Shown: positions 27,001-39,800 of the stretch, piece by piece
Layout of the letters: each line of letters starts with the position of its first letter
Position numbering within the stretch: position 1 is the stretch's first letter
Assembly: GCA_950097015.1 (NCBI GenBank)
Contig: CATNEN010000039.1
Span: 7,626,001 to 7,690,000, forward strand
Source of the DNA: Macrostomum hystrix
Lineage: Eukaryota > Animalia > Platyhelminthes
Length of the DNA stretch: 64,000 bases
Reading direction: 5' to 3'
The notes under the pieces: model-generated
Told to the model about the DNA's origin: nothing
The model's database searches: none
Seen by the model: the letters and a program-made list of their open reading frames with translations, nothing else
Translations under genes and position numbers: made by a program

Positions 27001-30000
27001 CGAGGAGGCAATTCTGCCCATTCCGCTGACTCCTGAGCAAATGAAAATGTCATTTATATCTATTTAAGCATGGACAGGATAACGCAGGCCTACCCAATGT
27101 ACTGCAGAGCGCACGGATGACAATAGGCGTGACCGCATTTAGTCACCTTAGCTGCCCTGGGCCTGAACAAACAGATCGGACAGTTGGAACTGGCTGCGGC
27201 CGGAGCTCGCACCTCTTCAACCAGTTCCCAGGCCACAAGCAGGTCGGGATCTTTCATGTAGGCCGTGTAGTCCACGCTGACGGATCCTTCAGTGCTGCTG
27301 TCACTATTGGCAACGGTCGCTTTGACAATAAACTGACAATTGGCCTGCATGTAGACCTCCTTGTTGTAGAATCCACCGCTGCCGCTGTCAGCATAGCGTT
27401 GCTGCTGGCGCCACTGCCTCGGGTAGTTCTCGCGGTGATCCTCGCTGTCAGCAGAGGAATAGAAGGCGCCCAACTCCCTGGCCACCGCAGCTTCGGCCCT
27501 GTCGCTGTTGACTTTGCGACTGCCGCCGTTGTTTCGACGATTAACAGTCCCGCCACTGCCAGCGCCGCCATTCCTTCGACTCCAATTGTTAGTTGAAGTG
27601 CCGCCTCTGCCACGGGAGGCAACAGCAGCAGAACTGCTCGCTGGTGACACAAACAGCTGATGATGCTGCTGATAGTCCACAGCGCCAGTACCGCCGCCAA
27701 CATTCGGTGATTGGCGACCACCTGCATTGATTTGCAGCGAGGGTAAGTGCATTCTTTTTAGAAATTATCTAAACTCTGGTGGTTAAGAGTTCGAATCTTG
27801 CCGAGCCCAGACCAGCTTTATAATGGCAGAACTTATTAGCTAGGTGACATAACAACTGATAAAATTATTGCAAGTAATAAAGCATACAATTTTTACTTAT
27901 ATATTGATATGATAAGCTAATATTAAATTAAAAGTAATATTAAAAGCATTGATATATTTTATGTCATGAACCATGATTACATTTGTCAAGAAAATATGGC
28001 CCCATACTAATATATATTAAACTATTTTGATTGGCCATATTAGCTCACTTGTGCCTAGGAATAAGGAATATTAAACATCAGAAAAGCTTGGATTTTGGGT
28101 CCTATGTCACCCAGACTTCATTAACTCTTAGATTATTTTGTGCTAATTGTAATGCAACAATGTCACATAGTTTGTCAGATCAATTCAGAAAATGAATTAT
28201 ATTAAAATACAAATGCTAATAAAAGCTGACAAAAAGTAGCCAAGACTTGAACAAATTTGTTTTAAGTTGTCACTAAAACAACATAGGACTAATGTTTATA
28301 ATTTCTGGGTTAAGAGGTAATAAAATAATATTTTAAATAGGTCAATTCAGGAATCATCTGTTATATACACAAGACATATAGCTTAGCATAAACCTCCATT
28401 TGCATATGTAGCAGACCTCTCAGCTTTCTCTCTATTTGTTGGATTCGGGATTGGTGAACTGAGTATTTAGGGGGGATGGTAGCATAAGTTATGAGGGTGA
28501 GAATAGGTATTTTCCATGCTGTTCAGGTTATACCTAAGGTAGCACTAATGCCCAAGCGGCAAGACACTAGCTACTAACTATGGGATAGGAATTTACTGCT
28601 ACTGGCATAAGGGCTTAGGTCACTGATCTGGGGCACAGTCCGTGGGGCATATCAGAATGGATCAATGTTGCCTGGTGAATGTCCTTTGCACTCTCACTTA
28701 CTTTTCTTTATGGGGTCCAGAATTAGTATAGTTTCATTAGGGGGATAAAGGAAGAGTTTTGGGACTTCAGGGGGGCATTTAGGGAACTTAAGGTGGACTT
28801 CAGATAGACTTCAGGTGGACTTTTTAGATGGGATTTTAGGGCGGTATCTTGGGGTTTCAAAGGGGTCATATAATAGGGTAGATTTGGGTGAAGAAGGCCA
28901 ATGAGAGATCCAATTAGAGAGGATTGGGAAGGTAAAGGGATCTATCTGTTTTACTCCTATTAGGAAAATAACTAAGGAACTTGGTTTATTTAATAGCGAA
29001 ACAGGGAAAGAGGTAGGAAGTGGAATTGCTTATATTTTGTATAGGTTGTATCGAACGTAAAGCAAAATGTTGAGAATGTATAGAATGTAAAACAGGTAAA
29101 ACATGTAAAGATTGCATTATATTCTTCTCTGTATATATATACCAAAATTGGGATGGGTGCATGTCCCGCTTAAGTGAGCATAAAACTAACAAAGAGCACT
29201 GCATGAGGTTATGACAAATGGCTGGCTCGTAAGAAAGTGGCTGGAATTCAAAATGAAAAAGTGTCTTAGGCCTAATTCCTAATGGAGCAAATTTAAAAAA
29301 GCTGCGAACACTCCTGGAGGGCGCACAGGTGCGCAGTTGTTTTCAAGAAAAAGAGCGCAAATCATCAATTGCTATATATCTTCAGTCAGACTCAATGTAG
29401 TAATTGATTTCACGAAAAAATGTCAAAAGACCTTTTTTTATTCTCCGTAGTGTATTTCTATAATTAGAACAGCTAAGGTTGTCTTTTCACACTCGGGCAC
29501 TACGGAGCATGTATTTGTGTAGGGGCACAAGGGTGCACTGTTTGTTATACATCTACATACTTACGACAACTTTACACACAAGGTGCGGCTGCGCGGACAG
29601 GAATTTCTTTTTGCACAGCCGCACAGGCAATTTTTCACAAGCGCGCCGGACGCTGTCCGCAAAAACCCATTTTGGCTCTAATAGGGGGCCTAATTATTCA
29701 CTGCCTCACATATAATAAATGGCTTTAATAATAAGTATCAAATGACCTAAATAATCAATAGATGACATCTATAGATTAAATGCTAAATGGATGCAAATTT
29801 AAAATGGACAAAAGTTGAAAGGGCAACATAACAAAATTAAAAAAAAGACATTTTAATTAGGCCCTAGGCCTAATTAGCATTAGCTGATTATAAAATTAGT
29901 TATTGAAAATCATTATATAGGTTTATACAAGTTATAGCCTAGCTACATTGGCTAGCATCTAGACTAGTGATAAGAGTTTTCAGCTTTGCTTGTAGTTATA

Positions 30001-30480
30001 AAACTTGTAATCAAAGACAAAGTATTATGCATACTAGCAGCAAGCTAATTTACAATTATCTACATTTCATGTTACTTGATTTTTACAATAGGCCTGGTAA
30101 TAGTCAGCTAGCTAGATACCAAAGAGGCATAGGGTACTCCTAAGTCGCCAATAGGCCCTAGGCCTATCTATTAACACTCAATTAGAACTAATTTATTGGC
30201 CTAGCTAGGTCTAAGCAAACAGCTAGCCTAGCCAAGCCACAATTGATTAGATACATTTATAAATGTGTCACATTTTTGTATTCTACCTAGACCACTTAAA
30301 TCTGAAAGTTGTAACAAAATGTTAATACAAAACAAAAAATCGCTTCGCCTACATGATTTATAAAATAAATTTAATTGCTAGCAAGATAGGCCTAATTCTT
30401 AGGCTTAGGCCTACTTATTAATTACCTCTTTCAGTTGTTGAAGAACGAAATGCAAGGGCCCTGTCCATCTCCTCCTGCAT
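24005..30480 (-). CDS. RNF10: RING finger protein 10 (E3 ubiquitin ligase)
   Basis: Exons 30426-30480, 27094-27721, 25949-26345, 24894-25361, 24005-24751. Family motifs KEVYMQANCQFIV, DPDLLVAWELVEEV, RING CPICLFRPRAAKVTKCGHAYCHPCALQY...CAIC, YFYQVADGRHVYLHSLN, LRHLPLTC. Confidence 0.92.
25385..25905. repeat. 22-bp minisatellite filling an RNF10 intron
   Basis: (AAATAGAAAATCCAAGATCCCT)n. Confidence 0.95.
26955..27040 (-). mobile_element. SINE copy 5 (3' fragment)
   Basis: catcatttggtgacact...cagccagcgaggaggcaattctgcccattccgctgactcctgagca. Confidence 0.7.
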
Positions 30481-31111
30481 GAAAGTTTAGCCAAGCAGTA
30501 AGGCTTTGTAAGTGTCTGGTTCGTTTGATAGCACACATGATTAAAAATCAGTGGATTCCATTGTGTAAAAATAAAAATAAATATTAAGTTAAGGTCTGTA
30601 GCTTATGATTAACTTGTTATCGCTTTTGGTGGCTTAAATAATGGTATAAAGTGACAGTGATTTCTGTCACTTTATTGTAAAGTACAATGACTTTGCGCTA
30701 CGGAGTTTGGTTTAAGATATGTCTGCTCCAAACTAAGTGGCCGATGAATTGGTCGATTAAAACTCGATTAATAATTTTAATTTCCAAACTGCAGTTTAAA
30801 ACTTCGGCAATTGGTGCGTTAAAAACGTTAAAACCGTTTTGACGTTAGCAGCAGTTTTAAAAAACAATGTGCCGACTTTTTTTTAAGTCTTAACTAAGCA
30901 GCGAAAGTGTGTTTTTAGGAAATTAAAATCAACACGTTTTTAATATGAATCTTGTTTTAGACAATTAGATCACATGGTCTCTACAGACTACGCTGTATGG
31001 CAATGTATCTTTCGTGTTTCTGCCGAGTCTACTATTAATGAAGGAGAAAAATCTTGCTGTGCCGAACACCCATTGATTTGTTTGTCTTTTTATCTTTTGT
31101 ATGTCAACGCT

Positions 31112-32135
31112 GAGGGAGTCGGTTGCAGAGCGGTTAACGCGTTTGCCTCTCGTGCCAAGGTCCTTAAGTTCGAATCCACTGAGGTATAGCTTTGGAAGAA
31201 CCTGCGCTGCTCAGACCTGCTATTTTTATATATGCGTCTTGCTTTACCATCCCATAATATGCACGCGGACTTTCCATCCAATGAACGCGAATTAAGAACA
31301 TACTATATAGTCAGACGCTGAACGCAAGAGTAAAGTCCGACCCCCAAAGGACAACTTAAGTAGTCTTTGTATATATATACGTTACTTAAGTAGTCCTTGA
31401 GCCCAACCTTTCCAACCTTTTCTTCCCATCCAGACTAGCTATTAGACTTACAAAAGACAACCCAGACTTGGAATAGTTCTTCCTGTCTAACAGGATTGTT
31501 ATATCCCAAACCCTGAGAGAACGTACTTATATCAATATTAGAGTAATCGCCCCTCAACTTGACCGGCAGACCCGATCCTTAGCCTTGAGCTCCGGCTCCA
31601 GCCTTCGGAGACTCGTCTTGGAAGATAAGTCAGACAGTACTCTTGTTATCTAATTAATATCTTTGCGTGATCCAACATCTCTGTGTCTTTATTAAAATCG
31701 CTGATCGTGAAATAAAACATCTAAGATTCTAAGTTGAAGGGTAAAAAATCAAGGAAAACAGTCGGCCAGGCCTCCTGTCTCCTTATTCAATAATAGGGAA
31801 AATAGATAACCGGATCCTTAGTCCTAGACCTAAGCCTCCACCTAGACTTAGAACTAGCCATAGACGCATTTTAAATTATTCCACCACGGCGAGGCCACAT
31901 TTATTTGGGCGCAGCCGCGGAGAGAAGGCTTTGGGGGCTTTTCGTGAAATTTAGGCCCTTCAGGGCCAACCTCCAAGGCACAGTGAAAGTGTACACTGCC
32001 TGACGATGAGAAAGTCAGGGCGGATGTACACACCTGTGTGAGCGTATGCCTGCGTACAGTATCTGTGTGCGTGTGTGCTCAGCGAAATGGGCAGAATTGC
32101 CTCGCTGGCTGCGGGTCTAGAGTCACCAAATGATG
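31112..32135 (+). mobile_element. SINE copy 6, split by a solo LTR
   Basis: Head with A box and B box GTTCGAATC at 31112-31179; the body resumes ggcgaggccac at 31888. Confidence 0.82.
31180..31883. mobile_element. 704-bp solo LTR (Gypsy-type)
   Basis: TG...CA termini, 4-bp TSD CCAC (31176-79 and 31884-87), internal TATA-like (~31370) and AATAAA (~31711); removing it restores the SINE. Confidence 0.8.
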
Positions 32136-32775
32136 ACGACAAGAAATTTGCAAAAGCTATGCTTCACCAAACTGAATGAGTTTGTAGGTTAATGCCCACA
32201 AAAATGAATGAAATCGAAGAAATGCTATATGCCATGCACACAACACATCGACACAAACTGTTTGTACGTAAGTCGTGATTTGTTCGCATTTTATTGACAA
32301 ATGCTCATGCTCCTCAGCCGAAAATAACAGTTTAATGGAAGTTGAGTTCACAACAGCATGAAGTACGCAAAGCAGAGACTACAATGATACACTACAATGT
32401 ACATACAAGCTAAGTGTGCAAAACATGATTTACTGATTAGAAATTCAGCGAGCGCAATATACTAACAAAAGCTGCATATAATTGATATCAGCTGACTAGA
32501 ACATAAGACTAATGATAATGAATGATATTCAAATGTGGTTTCATCAGTAAATAGGCTGTGCAAATTGTTAATACTCCATTTATAATTCTCAAAACAAATT
32601 GCTGATAATAATTTAATGTTAATCAGGAAACAAATTCTAAAAGTTTCTACTTACATTAACTATAATAGTGTCTTCTAACGCAACACAGCAAAATTGTTTT
32701 ATTTTACAATGCGAAAGAATTTTAAATAAATTACATTTAGCCAATATTTATAGGCTGCGACTCCTACAGCTCAGC

Positions 32776-35700
32776 TCAGTCACATCTTTTGGTCATCTGC
32801 ACAAGCAGCTGCTGGGCCAGCGCCGGCCTGTACTGCATCAGGTCGCGCCAGTCCTCACTGGCTAGCACCTGTTGGGCATGCTCTCGCATGAATTGGGTGC
32901 ACCGATGCAGCAGGCTGTCCACCTGCAATTCAGAGTCATAAAGTGACCAGTTCAATTCTGAGAGTGAAATTTGTACGTAGAATGCAGTACTCAGTGCATT
33001 CTAAATGTGGGATCAAAAGAACAGATGGAAAATCGATGGTACGTCAAGGGATTAAAGTTAGAGATAAAAGGTACACTCATTCGGATTTAAAATACAGGAT
33101 TAATGTTAAATTTGGGGATCACTAGAATGAGTAATTGACGGTACACACAGCGATCCCAAAAGATATTTATTGCACAATCGGGGATCTCAAATGTTAGATC
33201 AATGGAACAGTTGGGGATCTCAAATGTTAGATCAATGGTACAGTTGGGGATTTCAAATGTTAGATCAATGGTACAATTGGGGATCTCAAATGTTAGATCA
33301 ATGGTACAATTGGGGATCTCAAATGTTAGATCAATGGAACAGTTGGGGATCTCAAATGTTAGATCAATGGAACAATTGGGGATCTCAAATGTTAGATCAA
33401 TGGAACAGTTGGGGATCTCAAATGTTAGATCAATGGTACAGTTGGGGATCTCAAATGTTAGATCAATGGAACAGTTGGGGATCTCAAATGTTAGATCAAT
33501 GGAACAGTTGGGGATCTCAAATGTTAGATCAATGGAACAGTTGGGGATCTCAAATGTTAGATCAATGGAACAGTTGGGGATCTCAAATGTTAGATCAATG
33601 GAACAGTTGGGGATCTCAAATGTTAGATTAATGGAACAGTTGGGGATTTCAAATGTTAGATCAATGGTACAGTTGGGGATCTCAAATGTTAGATCAATGG
33701 TACAGTTGGGGATCTCAAATGTTAGATCAATGGTACAGTTGGGGATCTCAAATGTTAGATCAATGGTACAGTTGGGGATCTCAAATGTTAGATCAATGGT
33801 ACAGTTGGGGATCTCAAATGTTAGATCAATGGTACAGTTGGGGATCTCAAATGTTAGATCAAAGGAACAGTTGGGGATCTCAAATGTTTGATTAATGGTA
33901 CAATTGGGGATCTCAAATGTTAGATCAATGGAACAATTGGGGATTTCAAATGTTAGATCAATGGAACAATTGGGGATTTCAAATGTTAGATCAATGGTAC
34001 AGTTGGGGATCTCAAATGTTAGATCAATGGAACAATTGGGGATTTCAAATGTTAGATCAATGGTACAATTGGGGATCTCAAATGTTAGATCAATGGAACA
34101 GTTGGGGATCTCAAATGTTAGATCAATGGAACAATTGGGGATCTCAAATGTTAGATCAATGGTACAATTGGGGATCTCAAATGTTGGATTGAGAGTACAC
34201 CTGAGTGCTTTGATTATTGAATGATGAATAGTTAAAGGGTAACTCCTGGATCGATGGAAAACAAAAATTGCCTTAAGTAAGGAAAACTGGGATATTACGA
34301 GTAATAGCAAGATAAAGGCGCTGCTCACCTGGTAGGTGTCGGCCAGCACAGCCAGCTCGTGCAGATTAACCAGCGAGACGCCGCGGGCCAAGGACTGGGC
34401 GCAGATGGCGCGCAACTCGCTGACAGAATATTTATCGGCCAATTTGAGCAGTTCTCGGCCGTTGGTTTCTAGGCCAGCTAGCGCCACCTCGCCAGTGTAC
34501 AGGTAGTCGAGAAAGATGCCGAAGGAAGCGGCCTCGGCATCCAGGATTGAAACGGCGTCAGCCGAGCGCTCCAAGCAGTCGTGGGTGAACATGGCCAGGA
34601 ACACGGGACTGCGAGCAGCCAGCAGGCATTTGTGCGCCGCGAACTCGGCGCCACAGGACAGCCGCAGGCGAACATCGGCCGCCAGGCCGCCGGACTCCAA
34701 CAGTCGGCGAAGGTCGGCCGAAAGTCGGCCGTGTCGTTGAACAACCGCGGTGGAGGTGGACGCGGCGCCGGAGTCGGCGTCACCGGCGCGAGTCGCCGGC
34801 AGCAGGCCGCGTCGATGCTGCTGACAGGCGGCGGCGGCGTCCTGCAGCTGAAGGAGCAGATCGGACGAGGCAGCGTCTCCGGCCACGTCGACAACGCCGA
34901 TGAGGTCGCGGCCGCCGATGCCGCCGCGAATATAGGTTGTCACCTGGCCATTGTTTAGTTAACCGGTTCGAATTTACGAAAGACGTCAACTAGGACTATG
35001 CCACACATGCTAATTTTTTAAGCACATTAGTAGCAAAATACGTATAAAATAAAAAATAGGAGGTTGTAAAATACATTCACGCTGAAATATTAGGACTAAG
35101 AATTCCATCGGCTGTATTTCATAGGCAAGTGTCCTGTAGAATAGGATTAGGGAATTCAGAATCCTGTCTGTAGAATGGGATCTTTGAATCCAGAATCCAG
35201 TAGAATGGCATCATAGAATTCAGAATCCGGTAGAATGGCATCAGATTCAGAATCCGGTAGAATGGGATCAGGGAATTCAGAATCCGGTAGAATGGCATCA
35301 GAGAATTCAGAATCCGGTAGAATGGGATCAGGGAATTCAGAACCCGTAAAATGGGATCAGGGTAATATCTTTCTCATCGTCAGGCAGCGTAAAATCGCAC
35401 TGTGCCTTGCAGGTTTGCCCTCAAGTGCGTAAATTGGACAACATAGCCTCACCGCAGAATCGAGCTCAAGACCTGCCGCCTCCTCCGCCGACTGACCTCT
35501 CGCGGCGGCACGAGCGGCTGATCTGCCAGCTGCGCGCCGACCGCTGCCATGCCCTCCGGGGCTTCCAGGCCACGATTGGCGCCCCGGTGGCCCCCACCTG
35601 TCGACTCTGTGGCGAGGGCGACGAGACGGCGGCCCACGTGCTCCTCGCCTGCCCCGCCCTGACCGCCCACCGCTGCCGCCTCTGGGGCCCCTGCCCGGAG

Positions 35701-37173
35701 CCCGCTGCGGTCTTTGAATGCTGTGCTTCCGTGCTGGCCCTGCTTGGGAAGGCGGGCATCATCTGATGCCCGGTGCCATGGGCCCTGGCCCGCGCACGCC
35801 CGAAGAAGAAGAAGAAGAAGAAGCTCAAGACCAACGGTGGCTCACCTGCGATGGCACAGAGAAGTGCACAGTTAGCTGCAGGGTCAGGTGGCGGACCCGA
35901 TGGAACTCCGAGCGCAGCACCACACTCCAGCCGTGCGTGCCGTGCACAGCGAAGCTGAGCGACTCGGACCGTCTCTCCAGCCGCTGGATCTGGGCCTGGT
36001 TCGAGGCATTTGACGTAGCCGCGGCAGTGCCAGCCGCGCCCGACGACGCGGCGGTTGTTCCCGCATCGGCGCTGCTGCTGCTGTTGCTGCCAGCGCTGGC
36101 GGTGCTAACCGGACCCTCCATTTTGAAATGGGCCTTCGATATGATTGGTCGGCATGGAGTCTCCGTGTCCACCTAGGGATATAGTACAAGTACATAGATG
36201 AGTCCACCTATGCTGCACCCGAACGGAGCATTGCAAGCACACAAAACTCAAGAACATGGGCTAACTATTTGTTGAGCATCTTCTGAAACAATAATCAAGT
36301 CGCCAGCTCTTCAGACCGTCGAGATATTCAATGTTTCTGGTCGAAGGTCAGATTTTTCCCATAAGCGCTAGTGTATTTCATGCACCCCTATACACAAATC
36401 AGCACTGCGCTTCAGTGCTGCCTTGCCAGGCCTTCAAAATTTATCAGAATGTCACCCGATTGTGCCTGCATCATCTCCGCATTCGGTGGCAACCAACCTT
36501 TTGTCTAGACGGATTGCTGGACCTTCAAGGACTACAACGGGTGAAAATAGGCCACTATGGACACCCTGGCGCGAAATTCCCCAATTTCACTGATCAAGCC
36601 TAAATATTAGGCGCAGCTCAACCTCAGGACACGATCGCCTAGTCTGTCAACCAGTCACCACCCAGCGATGCAAGCATTCGGGCGCTGCCAAAAAAGTTTT
36701 TAGGGGGTGGTGGTATAAAAACGGGCGGCAAAATGGCTTGGTAGTCCCTAGTCCTACTGTAAAATAGTAAAGTAAGAAACATAGCGAAAAACATTGTCAC
36801 CGACCTCCTTTAGCACAACAAAGACGCAAATCCAGTCGCGAAATTGCTGGCAGTCGCCATGCGGATAGAAGCGCAGGCACCATTTAATACTGGGGCACTC
36901 TTCGGCGTAGAATGACGGACTGTCAAGGTAATGCCCGGTGACAAATGGCAACGAGGTCCAGTTGTTAATCTCCCATCGGCAGTAGCAGGTATAGTGGGGC
37001 ACAATTGTGGTGAAATCAAATGCATTGGCTTCCTCTGCTAGGGACACGGGCTGTTGCTGCTGACGCTGTGGCGATGTTCCACGAGCCCTGCTAGCAGGCT
37101 GATTCTGCTGCTGCTGCTGCTGCTGCCCATTAGGCTGATCTCTCGCCTGTTGGCGAGAGTTGCTAAGGCTCAT
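32776..37173 (-). CDS. MATH-BTB-BACK (SPOP/roadkill-like) Cullin-3 substrate adaptor
   Basis: Exons 36805-37173 (MATH: WEINNW..SPSFY..KWCLRFYPHG), 35846-36172, 34329-34943 (BTB: FAAHKCLLAARSPVFLAMF, FLDYLYTG, LLKLADKY) and 32776-32922 (BACK-like, SEDWRDLMQYRP); all junctions are phase 0. Confidence 0.88.
33172..34186. repeat. 33-bp minisatellite in the last MATH-BTB intron
   Basis: (GGGATCTCAAATGTTAGATCAATGGAACAGTTG)x~30. Confidence 0.97.
35135..35360. repeat. Degenerate ~27-30-bp array (GAATTCAGAATCCGGTAGAATGG...)
   Basis: Read directly. Confidence 0.85.
35368..35473 (-). mobile_element. SINE copy 7 (fragment), interrupted by a LINE
   Basis: ttctcatcgtcaggcag...ctgtgccttg...ccctcaag...ccgcagaatcgagctc. 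Confidence 0.72.
35474..35821 (+). mobile_element. 5'-truncated non-LTR retrotransposon (ORF2 C-terminal zinc knuckle, (GAA)n tail)
   Basis: QLRADRC...CRLCGEGDETAAHVLLACP CCHC motif, stop at 35766, (GAA)7 tail, 11-bp TSD AGCTCAAGACC at 35463-73 and 35822-32. Confidence 0.88.
36174..36756. mobile_element. ~580-bp non-autonomous TIR element, copy A
   Basis: Colinear with 39953-40550; ends TAGGGA.../...CTTGGTAGTCCCTA. Confidence 0.75.
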
Positions 37174-38817
37174 AGCACGCGACTGTAAAAATGTAGTAGT
37201 TGTGCAGTTTAGTGTATGTAGTTGCACAATATCAACTAATGCAACTAAACTCAACTGTTGTAACTCAACTGATAAATTGTGTATGGTGTGGTAATGATGA
37301 TAACAAAAATAAGATGCTTGACTAATTTGTTTAAATTAAGTTGTCACAGAGACCAAACTAGTGTCTGTTGGTTAATATTGAGATGATAAAAATATGGTGT
37401 GTAAATTGAATTTAGCTACCTATACTTTTATAAGCCATTAACAATATGCAAACCCAGCATTTTCTACAGTTAATACTGCTAGCTAGTCTAAGATATTATT
37501 CAAAGATGGTGCCAGCTTGAACACTTTGAAAAATAAACAATTCTTGGCATATAGTTGAAGCAATAAAATACAATGTTTTTGTCATAACAGTAGACTTTAT
37601 TGGTATACAAATTAGACATAAATATTTGCATCTAATAAATTAAAAAAAGACAATAGATTAAAGTCTAGGTGTTATTATAGTCCTTATATATAAATATTTT
37701 ATTCTATCAGTTTACAATATCTGTGATTATATTTGCTTATATTTCTGGGATTGTCAGTGTCTATGTTCTAATTTCTTAGCTACATGTATTTTTCTAGATA
37801 TTTTTGCTAAGTGTTAACTAAAAACAAATTCTATACTAATTGACAATCATTACCCTCCATACAATTATATATATATAGCTTAACAGCCATATCATAAACA
37901 CAAATTTTAGGATAAATAATACCTCAAATTTTTTTTTCAGATTTTTTAAATTGAAAATTGAGTAGGAAATCGTAATTTTGAAAATAAAAAAGTATAACGT
38001 TGGACTATCTCTAAACCTGACAATACAAGATATAAGAGCAAGAGAGCATGCAGAATTTGAATTTGACTTGAAAGTTTTTGCAGGTTAAGCAAAAAATGTG
38101 AACTTGAAAATTAACCCTTAGAATTACTTTCAGGTCTTATTCTGTCTTTTATTTAGAAAGATTTTCACAACCAATACAGTTTTGTGTAGGCCTACTGTGT
38201 AACTAGTAGATAGCTAGTATATAGCTTAGCTAGTCATGAGGCCTCTTTGAAACTGACATCAGGGAATTTGTGTGGCACTGAACTTTTAGAGAAACCTGAT
38301 TCTGCAACACATTTTTAGAGATTTAAATTACATGTAATTGTTTCCATTTGAGTTCTCAAATTAAAACTTTAAATTTGAGATCTAAAATAAACATAGATAA
38401 ATAGGTGATCTAAAAATGTACAGTAGAAAACAGAAGGATTGAACAGTTATTGCAATTGGGTTTGAAATAAGTTTTGTCATTGCCTTATTTTTAGAGTATG
38501 TTGGATGTGGCTTGTTTGGCTTGACACATTGTGTCCCCTACTAGTTAAAAATATTACAGCCTTGATAAAATAGCTTGAGAATCTGTAGCACTTTTACTTC
38601 TGCAGATAACCCTTAAGCGACTATGTCAGAATCGGGCAAAGGTGTGCAGTTAGGCTAGGCATGAAATTGGCATACATTATTGGCAAGCACTAAGACAACA
38701 AGTGAAACCGTTTGAAAATGTATAATAATGCCACATAATTATATAATGCCATATAATAATTATGTGGCATTGTTTGGTATGGAGCAGCATGAAATGTAGT
38801 TTTATTTATTAATTTAA

Positions 38818-39349
38818 GGCAGTGCTTATCCCCACGGTACCGTAGAAATAATTTTTGTCTTATTCCTACGGTACCGTGGGAATAATTTCCTGCTTATCCG
38901 CATGGCACACTGACGAGATAGCTGTCCTATCATCTATCTTTTTATCATGACTGTAATTTTCCTTTTTTTCTTCCGGTTTTTAAAAGCAAGTAAACAAATT
39001 AAAGTTTTCTGCTTTTTTCGCAATTAGTTAACCAAAAAATACGGTGGCTTTTTTAAGTATATAAAATATATATTTCTATTATTTATATATTCAAAAGAAT
39101 ACAACTGAAGTGTGTATTTTTCTAATCTTATAGCTCAAGCCTTCTAAGTCTATAATCCAGTCTATTACTTTATTCTAGGCCAAGTTAAAATAGGTCCATA
39201 AAAAATGTCTGACAGTGCCAACGGAATATGTTGAAAATAGGACAGCTATCTCGTCAGTGTGCCGTGCGGATAAGCAGGAAATTATTCCCACGGTACCGTA
39301 GGAATAAGACAAAAATTATTTCCTTGGTACTGTGGGGACAAGCACTGCC
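38818..39349. mobile_element. MITE with ~113-bp TIRs and a TTAA target duplication (Kolobok-like GG...CC termini)
   Basis: 38818-38930 is the near-perfect reverse complement of 39237-39349; TTAA on both sides. Confidence 0.88.
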
Positions 39350-39596
39350 TTAATATTTAATGTAAAATAAAAAATTCAGAAAGTCAAACAAAAAATGGAT
39401 TAAAATACATAGATTATATTTGAATTGTGTATTTTATCTATTTTCACACATTTACAGTGTTTCATTTATTCAGATTTACCATTGGCATGCAAGTCATCAG
39501 CGTGCAAGAATTTTATTCTTGGCATGCATTGACATGCACCAGTAGGGCCTAATTTTTCAAAAATCATTCCTAAGTGCACCAAACAAGATCCATACT

Positions 39597-39800
39597 ATGG
39601 GGCCTTTGACTGAGATTAAGTGGATGCCAAAAACAACAGCAAAGCAAATTGAAGTTCATTTGCATGAGCAGTACGGCGACTCTGCACCTTATTTTTGCAC
39701 CATAATCTGCTGGCAGCTGGATTCACTACTTCAAACTCAAAGCAGGCCATGGAAGACCCAGGACCTCCATTTGCCAGTGTCAACAAGCATAGGCCTATGC
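39597..39800 (+). pseudogene. Decayed mariner-type transposase N-terminal HTH fragment
   Basis: TAKQIEVHLHEQYGDSAPYFCTIICW resembles the mariner I...L...YGDSAPS..TV..W motif. Confidence 0.55.

Noticed and set aside
28359-29216. Possible solo LTR (TGTTATA...TATGACA) in RNF10 intron 1
   Set aside because: The flanks (CATC versus AATG) give no target-site duplication and there is no second copy in the window
31112-31179. tRNA-like sequence with a GTTCGAATC T-loop
   Set aside because: It continues into the SINE body and lacks a proper acceptor stem, so it is a SINE head and not a tRNA gene
32000-32024. CTGACGA-TGA-GAAA-GTC resembling a hammerhead ribozyme core in the SINE
   Set aside because: No room for stem II or stem III; a simple hairpin explains the sequence better
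33087-34943. 618-aa ORF fusing a BTB domain to (IDLTFEIPNCS)n repeats
   Set aside because: It reads through a CAG|GTGAGC donor at 34329 into a stop-free 33-bp minisatellite; the proper BACK-like last exon is at 32776-32922
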